Positions 25,773-32,000 of a stretch of DNA of 32,000 nt are shown piece by piece (positions within the stretch are counted from its first letter, which is position 1; every line of letters begins with the position of its first letter). Origin of the DNA: Coprobacillaceae bacterium (GTDB lineage Bacteria > Bacillota_I > Bacilli_A > Erysipelotrichales > Coprobacillaceae); assembly GCA_963675515.1 (NCBI GenBank), contig OY776328.1, forward strand, positions 2,730,001 to 2,762,000. Reading direction: 5' to 3'. The translations under genes and the position numbers were made by a program. A model generated the notes under the pieces. That model searched no databases, had not been told where the DNA came from, and saw nothing but the letters and a program-made list of their open reading frames with translations.

Positions 25773-26102
25773 TTAGCTTCGGATATATTCATTGTCCGTC
25801 TCGGGCATATCGTCAGTGGAAATGTATCTTTCAACTTTCATATGCAGGTCATATTTTTCGCGCAATTTCGTGATTGTATCCATCATCTTTGTAGCGTGAT
25901 GCAAGTCGATTGCCGCCTGGGAATCCCAGCTGTCTACCAAAAGGACAGTTTCAGGATCTTCCATCGGGAAAAAGTACTCGTATCTTAGATTGCCTTGTTC
26001 TTCGCGGATCAAGGCAACAGTGCCATTGCTTGTCATTTCCTGGGCAAATTTTTGGGCCGCACCATTTTTACCTGTGTAATAGATGTTTACTGTTATGATC
26101 AT
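25773..26102 (-). CDS. Antibiotic biosynthesis monooxygenase (ABM) domain protein
   Basis: I placed the start at ATG 26102 (MIITVNIYY...) after AAGGGTGG. It is about 109 aa with a ferredoxin-like ABM pattern (YEYFFPMEDPETVLLVDSWDSQAAIDLH). It ends 33 nt before the RMD1 start. Confidence 0.65.
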   Translation of the reverse strand: MIITVNIYYTGKNGAAQKFAQEMTSNGTVALIREEQGNLRYEYFFPMEDPETVLLVDSWDSQAAIDLHHATKMMDTITKLREKYDLHMKVERYISTDDMPETDNEYIRS

Positions 26103-26354
26103 TTCAACCAACCACCCTTTCAAAACAAACAGCGAATAATACCTGTTTCTATGCTTCGATTAACGTCAATTATTCGAATTCCATCATACTTTTCGGTTAT
26201 CTATCACTTCTAACACTATTCTATCACATATAGCTTTAGAATGGTGTTAGAAAGAAAAATCGGTAATAATTAGCAGTGATTATATTTTCCGGTATTATTT
26301 CGTCACGACAAATCCGCAACCTCCAATTTTAATGATTTTGGAACGTTGACCATC

Positions 26355-26837
26355 TCAGCTTATTCTCTCCAATAACAACTCCCTTAATCCATCTGACAAT
26401 TTGAGATAATGGTTGTTACCCAAGTCAACAAGATTACCCTTTTCAAAGAAATCGAATTGGACCAGGTTAACGTATTCTTGTTCACCAGTTTCACGTCTGA
26501 TAATAACCTTATATTCGTCGCCTCTGCTAATATAGGGAATAAAATAGTCTTCTTGGGAATACTCGACACCCTTTAATTTCTTCAGTTCATCAATTATGTA
26601 TCTTGATTCGCTCATGTCATTTTCCACGCCGACATCCATCCAGCCTCCGGTTTCACTCCAACGGTAATAAGCTACTTCAATTGGAGCTCTATACTGATGC
26701 CATTCTTGTGGGGTAACATAATCCTCTCCATAAGTAATCGGATTTAAAATGAAGATGGAATTATAAACAATCATGGACACCATGATAATCGAAAAACCAA
26801 ACAGAACAGTTATCATTACAAAATGCCTTTTCACCAT
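26355..26837 (-). CDS. Hypothetical N-terminally anchored protein
   Basis: 160 aa with one N-terminal TM (VMITVLFGFSIIMVSMIVY) and an AAGGGAG SD. I recognised no motif. Confidence 0.45.
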   Translation of the reverse strand: MVKRHFVMITVLFGFSIIMVSMIVYNSIFILNPITYGEDYVTPQEWHQYRAPIEVAYYRWSETGGWMDVGVENDMSESRYIIDELKKLKGVEYSQEDYFIPYISRGDEYKVIIRRETGEQEYVNLVQFDFFEKGNLVDLGNNHYLKLSDGLRELLLERIS

Positions 26838-27095
26838 TAAATACTCCCTTCATTTTCCCGATTTCATAACCACCAAATTCGCTCAAACTTGGGACTTGGA
26901 TATTGGCCCGATTCTACCAACTTGTTTCATGCCGATCTTTTTCTTTAAGAAAACTATTCCATATACGTTATCTATACCATAACAGCTATAAAAAAAGTTG
27001 GCATTATTTTACAGCAACAAGCACCATTCTTTTTTTTAGTCCATGTCTGTTACACGTGATTAGTTTCATTCAATTATTTAAAAACACCGTCCTCG

Positions 27096-27638
27096 TCATA
27101 ATCGTTGTGTAATATCGCTATGCCTCAATTCACTCGCAAGCATCAATAACATTATTAAGGTTATTGATATTATTATGGCATAATATCCGATCAGCGGGAA
27201 TGAAACCAGCCCCAAATAGTAAGAAATGTAGACTTTTCTGACAAATATGATTAAAGCCGATGATTTTTCAAAACTCACAAAATGGATAAAGAATATCAGC
27301 CCACTTGAAATCAAGTAATAAAATTCTCTAATCTTCGCTTTTCCTTTCAAAGTGAATAATGAGTAGATGCAGATGAAGAAAAAGTTTGCAATGGTAAATA
27401 ATTTTAAATTCAATATCAAAGCCGGAAATATCGGAATCGGATCAACATTAGACCAGACGCCAAACAATATAGAGTATAACTGGGTTGTATCCTGTTGTTC
27501 AAGCATGTCTACGGTGATCATTGGAGCGACGGTATCGTGGAAAATAATAGTACTTAAGGAGCAAAGTATTAGAAACAATACAAGTAAACCGAACTGAAGT
27601 CTTTTTATTATGACTTGCTTTTTCATTCTCTCAACCAT
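27096..27638 (-). CDS. Hypothetical integral membrane protein (about 5 TM)
   Basis: 180 aa, very AT-rich, with a hydrophobic pattern. The start is uncertain (27638 or 27626). I recognised no motif. Confidence 0.4.
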   Translation of the reverse strand: MVERMKKQVIIKRLQFGLLVLFLILCSLSTIIFHDTVAPMITVDMLEQQDTTQLYSILFGVWSNVDPIPIFPALILNLKLFTIANFFFICIYSLFTLKGKAKIREFYYLISSGLIFFIHFVSFEKSSALIIFVRKVYISYYLGLVSFPLIGYYAIIISITLIMLLMLASELRHSDITQRL

Positions 27639-27940
27639 AAATCATCATTCCCCCTATTTCATTGATGTTCAATTGAACCCTTACTCACATACTCACCAAT
27701 TATTATTTGATAACGTATTAAACAAAAATTATACCACTCATTTCAATAGTGTCAATATTTGCACCATTGATATTATTTAATTCAATATATAATTAATTAT
27801 ATACTATACACCATTAAGCTAACGGTGCTTATTTGTTATGAGTACTGCCTGCTTATAAATAATATCAATGAATCATGAATATCATAGCCTATAGTCCCGC
27901 ACTGAGAGATTGGAAAATACGATTTCAATTTGAGCCAATA

Positions 27941-28000
27941 AATAAAAAATCCGCTAACCATCATAATTGGGGACTCCAATATTACAATGGTAGTGGATTT
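27941..28000 (-). terminator. Rho-independent terminator of the DXS-like/SDR operon
   Basis: On the minus strand, AAATCCACTACCAT(28000-27987) pairs with ATGGTTAGCGGATTT(27961-27947), with one bulge and one G-U pair. TTTTTTATTTATT follows. Confidence 0.6.
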
Positions 28001-28019
28001 TATGTTGTCATTATTCCCG

Positions 28020-28799
28020 TTATTTTAACAAGTTAGGAATAGTGTTTTTTGTGAAAGAGTGTGGAATTCTTGGCCCTGAAAGATGGAATGTGTAATCATC
28101 AGTTTCAATATAGCCTAAACATTGATCACTATCGTACAGATTCATCATGAAAGAAGCAATCTCTTCACTTGTATTACCTGTTCCGTTTTGTGGGTTAATT
28201 GCTGTTGCTTTAGTGGAACCACTTGAAATTTGCGAAAATTCAGTTGCAGTTGCAGCTGGAGCCAAAATTTTAACTCGAAGTTTTGCACCGATATCTTTCA
28301 TTTCCCAATACAAGGCTTCGCTAAAGGCGCTACAGTAAAATTTTGTCGCACTGTATGCTGGCACGCGGCTTGATACCCCATACCCAACAGTTGAAGAAAC
28401 ATTGATCAATGTGGCGCCATCAACATTGTTATAATCCCTTGCGTATAATGTAGATAAAATTGTTACTGCTTCGCTATTTACCGTTATCATTTTCGATACC
28501 CAGTCCAAATCTTGATCAATGATTGACTTTCCATGGCCAAATCCAGCATTATTGATCCATGTTTCTATCTGGTACTGCTTGCTTTCTTCGTATAAGTGAT
28601 AAATTTCTTCCAGGACTGACAAGTCACAAGGAATTACGATTACGCTCACCGAATATTCATTTTCGATGTTGTTTTTAAGTTCAACCAGGCGATCAACTCT
28701 TCGGGCTACAAGAATTAAATTCTTTCCCCTTTGGGCAAATTTAATAGCTGTATCTTTTCCGATTCCTGAGCTAGCGCCGGTAATTAAGGTATATTGCAT
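28020..28799 (-). CDS. SDR family oxidoreductase (classical short-chain dehydrogenase/reductase)
   Basis: The signatures are TGASSGIGKD (TGxxxGxG), NNAG, and the catalytic YSATK (YxxxK). Confidence 0.85.
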   Translation of the reverse strand: MQYTLITGASSGIGKDTAIKFAQRGKNLILVARRVDRLVELKNNIENEYSVSVIVIPCDLSVLEEIYHLYEESKQYQIETWINNAGFGHGKSIIDQDLDWVSKMITVNSEAVTILSTLYARDYNNVDGATLINVSSTVGYGVSSRVPAYSATKFYCSAFSEALYWEMKDIGAKLRVKILAPAATATEFSQISSGSTKATAINPQNGTGNTSEEIASFMMNLYDSDQCLGYIETDDYTFHLSGPRIPHSFTKNTIPNLLK

Positions 28800-28872
28800 A
28801 TTATTCTCCTCGTATGACAGTTGGTTTAATTTGAAACTCCGTTGTCTATTTTGGTTAATTGATATGGTCTAT

Positions 28873-30609
28873 TTATATAAGTTCTAAAATATCTGAAACT
28901 ATTTGTTCTTTGGTCAAATGCGAGCGCAGCAATATATCATTCAGTGGCATCAGGTCATTGAATTCTTTGGTGCCTCCAAAATTTAAAGTACGGACATTTT
29001 CATCGCCAAGGTAGCTAGCAACTTTTTGACCATAACCGCCATCAAGTATCCCATTTTCGAGAGTTACGAAAATTGAATGATCTTCTTTCAAGGCGTCTAA
29101 TGTGGTGGTGTCTATTTGAGAATAGTTTACCGGATTCACCAAAGTGGCAGAAATTCCTTTTTCTAGTAAAAGACTGAGCACTTCTTGACCAAGTTCGAAG
29201 TAATTTCCTAAGGCCATAATTGCAACTTCACTTCCACGATTGACAATTTTAGATTTTTTACACGCAGCTTCGTCAAACTGGATTTCTTGACCATCTAAAA
29301 TCATTTTACCTGGAACCCTGATCACAACTGGATGCTTGTCTTGATCAATGGACCAATCCAGCATTGCGAGATACTCTTCTTTAGTTGTAGGGGCCAGACA
29401 AACAAGATTAGGGATATTGCTTATCATTGCAATATCAAACTTTCCTGAATGGGTACAGTCTCCACCTGTGATGCCACCCCCGAAAACAAGGATCGTTGCA
29501 GCATTATTGTTCATAGCTAAATCCTGATTCAATTGATCGTATGTTCGTTGTAAGAACGAGCTAAATGCAATTACTACTGGCTTTCCGCCGTTTTTGGCTA
29601 TTCCTGAAGCTAATGCTATAGCATGTTCTTCGGCAATTCCAACGTCAATGAATTGTTTACCTGCAGCCTCGCGAAAATCTGGCATCATGCCATGAGCACC
29701 CGGTGTAGCAGGAGAAATTGCAATAACCCGAGCATCTTCTTCGATTTTGTTTCGAAGATATCCAACTGTAATGCTATTATACGATTCCCCCATTTTGGAA
29801 AAATCAAATCCAGCAGGCATTGCCCAGTGACCAGCTTCTTTATTTTCGGTTGCCCAATCACAACCTTTACCTTTTTGGGTGTGGATGTGTATGAGTGTTG
29901 GTTTATCTGTGTCTTTGATGTTGTTGAAAACTTCTACAAGTGAACGGACATCATTTCCTTCTTCAATATAATGGTAATTCATTCCCATGGCTGTAAAAAA
30001 GTTGTTTTGGGCTTTACCCTTGGTGTCGCGCAACAGTCTGAAATTCTCATACATTCCACCATAATTCGGTGCAATCGACATCTCATTATCATTAAAAATG
30101 ATGATGATATTACTATCGAGCATTGCGGCATTGTTTAGACCTTCAAAGGCCTCGCCGCCTGACATCGATCCGTCTCCTATTACTGCAATTATGTTTTCAT
30201 TTCCACCAGTAAGATTTCTTCCGGTAGCCAGACCGACAGCCAATGATACTGATGTTGCTGTATGCCCAACTTTGAAAAAATCATGTTCACTTTCACTTGG
30301 AGTTGTGTACCCACTGTAATCATAATAGTGCTCCGGATCCACGAATCCTGCTTTTCTTCCCGTGAGGATTTTATGGGTGTATGATTGATGGGATACATCA
30401 AAAACAAACTTGTCTTTAGGTGAATTGAAAACATAGTGCATTGCGATTGTGGTTTCAACCATTCCTAAATTTGAACCCATGTGACCTCCGGTCTCAGTGA
30501 TCCTCTTAATCAAAATTTCTCTGATTTCATCTGCTAGTTCAGGCAATACATCAACGTTCAGTTTTTTTAAATCGACTGGGTTATTTATTTTGTCTATTAA
30601 TTTGGTCAT
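28873..30609 (-). CDS. 1-deoxy-D-xylulose-5-phosphate synthase family protein (DXS-like ThDP-dependent transketolase, short 578-aa form)
   Basis: DXS N-terminal signatures are GGHMGSNLGMVETTIAMHYVF and DVSHQSYTHKILTGRK. The ThDP motif is GDGSMSGGEAFEGLNNAAML-DSNIIIIFNDN. An AAGGAG SD is present. Confidence 0.8.
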   Translation of the reverse strand: MTKLIDKINNPVDLKKLNVDVLPELADEIREILIKRITETGGHMGSNLGMVETTIAMHYVFNSPKDKFVFDVSHQSYTHKILTGRKAGFVDPEHYYDYSGYTTPSESEHDFFKVGHTATSVSLAVGLATGRNLTGGNENIIAVIGDGSMSGGEAFEGLNNAAMLDSNIIIIFNDNEMSIAPNYGGMYENFRLLRDTKGKAQNNFFTAMGMNYHYIEEGNDVRSLVEVFNNIKDTDKPTLIHIHTQKGKGCDWATENKEAGHWAMPAGFDFSKMGESYNSITVGYLRNKIEEDARVIAISPATPGAHGMMPDFREAAGKQFIDVGIAEEHAIALASGIAKNGGKPVVIAFSSFLQRTYDQLNQDLAMNNNAATILVFGGGITGGDCTHSGKFDIAMISNIPNLVCLAPTTKEEYLAMLDWSIDQDKHPVVIRVPGKMILDGQEIQFDEAACKKSKIVNRGSEVAIMALGNYFELGQEVLSLLLEKGISATLVNPVNYSQIDTTTLDALKEDHSIFVTLENGILDGGYGQKVASYLGDENVRTLNFGGTKEFNDLMPLNDILLRSHLTKEQIVSDILELI

Positions 30610-30636
30610 TTTAATACTCCTTTTCTTTTCGATATC

Positions 30637-30667
30637 ACTATAACTCTAAAGTTAACTTCAGAGTCAA
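30637..30667 (-). promoter_or_regulatory. MerR-type promoter/operator of the DXS-like/SDR operon: TTGACT, a 19-bp spacer with a dyad, then TATAGT
   Basis: The minus strand reads TTGACTCTGAAGTTAACTTTAGAGTTATAGT. The dyad is ACTCTGAAGTT/AACTTTAGAGT (10 of 11 positions complementary). It is 28/31 identical to the site at 31292-31322. Confidence 0.6.
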
Positions 30668-30776
30668 GGGGTATTTTAAAAAATTGGAATTATTATTTCA
30701 CATTGAACTTGTCTATTAAAACTCCAAACAGGCTCATTGTAAAATCACCAAATTTAAGCATCCTATACGTCAATCT

Positions 30777-31187
30777 TTAATCTGTGTTACAAGGTCTGTT
30801 AATTTCTTTATGGATGTCCTCAGTACCAGCTTCAATTGCTGTCGAGTAATACCACAATTTATGATCAATGACATCCATTTGTTTTTCGAGTTCTTTAATT
30901 TGTTGATTGACAATTCTCTTTCTTTCTTCAAATAAATCGTATCTTTCTTGCAGCGAAGCATCGCCGGCTTTAACCATAGCGATGAACTCTTTCATCTGGG
31001 ATATTGGCATTCCAGTGCTCTTGAAGCAATCAATAACCCTCAGCATTTCAAGATCACTATCTTTAAATATCCGATACCCCGATTCTTTCCGCGATAAAAA
31101 AGGCAATAACCCTTCTTTGTCATAATAACGGATTGTGGAAATGGGAATATTCATCATTTCCGCAACTTCTCTTATACCGTATTCCAT
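30777..31187 (-). CDS. MerR family transcriptional regulator (NmlR/AdhR-like subgroup suspected)
   Basis: 136 aa. The N-terminal HTH reads IREVAEMMNIPISTIRYYDKEGLL. A coiled-coil dimerisation helix is present. A single conserved-position Cys lies in RVIDCFKSTGMPISQMKEF. Confidence 0.9.
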   Translation of the reverse strand: MEYGIREVAEMMNIPISTIRYYDKEGLLPFLSRKESGYRIFKDSDLEMLRVIDCFKSTGMPISQMKEFIAMVKAGDASLQERYDLFEERKRIVNQQIKELEKQMDVIDHKLWYYSTAIEAGTEDIHKEINRPCNTD

Positions 31188-31291
31188 AAATTATCACTCC
31201 TTATGTCAAAATTTCATTTACTATCTGGAACTGACTACACTAACATCATAGCATGGTGAAATAGAAAAAACAAAAAAATCTAAAAAAGCCA

Positions 31292-31322
31292 TTGACTCTC
31301 AAGCCAACTTTAGAGTTATAGT
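31292..31322 (+). promoter_or_regulatory. Second copy of the MerR-type promoter/operator, facing the aldo/keto reductase gene
   Basis: The plus strand reads TTGACTCTCAAGCCAACTTTAGAGTTATAGT, with the same hexamers and the same 19-bp spacer. It lies 105 nt upstream of the merR start on the opposite strand and 258 nt upstream of the AKR ATG. Confidence 0.6.
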
Positions 31323-31579
31323 TGCCCTGTAAGCGATCGAGATTACTGACTATAGACTCCCGAATTAAAAATACCCCATAAAAACACATTCACTATATGA
31401 TAAATTATCTTGCTACTTACAATTTTTGCAACTTTATTTTTTGAGATACTAAAATATTTGGGAATTCTGAATGCTGCAGGTACCGCGGCTGTTTAGGAAT
31501 CAAATTTTATTTAAATTGATAATGAAAGGACAGTAATTCATAAGCGATTTTGAATATCGCGTTTGAGTGCAAATGAAAA

Positions 31580-32000
31580 ATGGAATACGTAAAATTAGGG
31601 AATACCGGACTGGATGTTTCTAGAATTTGCTTGGGATGCATGAGTTTTGGGGAACCGGAACTAGGGTACCCCGCATGGTCATTACCAGAAATCGAAAGTA
31701 GGACCATCATTAAGAAAGCGTTAGAGCTAGGAATCAATTTCTTTGACACAGCGAATGTATACTCAGATGGATCAAGCGAAGAAATATTGGGTCGTGCTTT
31801 AAACGAATATGCAAACCGGGAAGAAATAGTCATTGCCTCAAAGGTATGTCTTGGTACCGGAAATGGACCTAATAGAAAAGGACTTTCCCGGAAACACATA
31901 TTTGCGGAAATCGACAAGACTCTAGAAAGACTGCAAACAGATTATCTGGATTTATATATTATCCACCGGTTCGACGAAGAAACACCGCTTGAGGAAACAA
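31580..32000 (+). CDS. Aldo/keto reductase. The 3' end runs off the right edge of the window.
   Basis: Absent from the ORF track because there is no stop in the window. Hand translation from ATG 31580 gives MEYVKLGNTGLDVSRICLGCMSFGEPELGYPAWSL...GINFFDTANVYSDGSSEEILGRAL...LSRKHIFAEIDKTLERLQTDYLDLYIIHRFD, which are classic AKR motifs. Confidence 0.85.
   Translation, partial: MEYVKLGNTGLDVSRICLGCMSFGEPELGYPAWSLPEIESRTIIKKALELGINFFDTANVYSDGSSEEILGRALNEYANREEIVIASKVCLGTGNGPNRKGLSRKHIFAEIDKTLERLQTDYLDLYIIHRFDEETPLEET

Noticed and set aside
27786-27803. A perfect 18-bp palindrome TATATAATTAATTATATA
   Set aside because: It is a low-complexity AT-only sequence in a very AT-rich spacer, and such palindromes arise easily by chance. 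There is no second copy in the window.
31462-31488. A polylinker-like cluster in the AKR leader: GAATTC, then overlapping CTGCAG/GGTACC/CCGCGG
   Set aside because: It is striking in an AT-rich leader but matches no cloning-vector polylinker that I can recall, and there is no vector backbone around it. It is most likely chance or a small GC-rich structural element. A vector-contamination screen would settle it.
31507-31917. A 136-aa minus-strand ORF at the right edge
   Set aside because: It is antisense to the edge-truncated plus-strand aldo/keto reductase, whose translation shows classic AKR motifs.
1-32000. A search for CRISPR arrays, tRNA/rRNA genes, IS elements, integrases, prophage genes, retron/DGR reverse transcriptases and classic defence genes
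   Set aside because: I found no regularly spaced direct repeats, no tRNA-like T-arm motifs in intergenic regions, and no ORF with transposase, recombinase, RT, nuclease-helicase or phage structural signatures. This was a visual scan only. tRNAscan, Infernal and a defence-system HMM scan should confirm it.

Overview
This 32-kb window looks chromosomal and comes from a Gram-positive-type (Bacillota-like) bacterium. It holds about 34 protein genes, 30 on the minus strand, with GGAGG-type Shine-Dalgarno sites and many hairpin-plus-U-tract terminators. By eye I found no rRNA, tRNA, CRISPR array, transposase, integrase or phage structural gene. The content is a patchwork of short accessory, stress and transport operons. 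Left to right: a cell-wall polysaccharide deacetylase with tandem peptidoglycan-binding repeats (cut by the left edge and missing from the ORF track); an MFS transporter; a GNAT/YoaP-type acetyltransferase; a Pit phosphate transporter with a DUF47/PhoU-like partner; an orphan PTS EIIC (lactose/cellobiose family) broken by an in-frame TAA, with an RpiR regulator; an AHL-lactonase-like MBL hydrolase; a 4-gene operon (PQ-loop-like 3-TM protein, Cys-rich CCG-like protein, RibD_C/DHFR-family reductase, duplicated PhnB/VOC protein); an SRPBCC gene also broken by an in-frame TAA; DUF362; and a MacB/FtsX-type ABC exporter. Then comes an AT-rich cassette (cupin, Crp/Fnr regulator, split permease with a ferredoxin fusion). 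It is followed by a vWA protein, a Macro::HTH fusion, a small AT-rich 3-TM gene, a stand-alone RelA/SpoT-synthetase-like protein, an alpha/alpha-toroid repeat protein, a polytopic membrane protein, ABM monooxygenase plus RMD1/DUF155, and two unknown membrane proteins. The window ends with an AT-rich MerR (NmlR/AdhR-like) regulon holding a DXS-like ThDP enzyme, an SDR and an aldo/keto reductase (cut by the right edge and missing from the ORF track). Three things are most worth following up. (1) The stand-alone RSH synthetase has atypical inserts and a C-terminal extension, no hydrolase or antitoxin partner, and an unusual neighbourhood (toroid protein, Macro::HTH, vWA). (2) A 31-bp MerR-type promoter/operator with a 19-bp spacer is present twice (28/31 identical), tying the DXS-like/SDR operon and the AKR gene into one regulon. 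(3) Two genes carry in-frame TAA interruptions, and the window shows a clear compositional mosaic. All family calls come from reading motifs in the translations. No database search was run.
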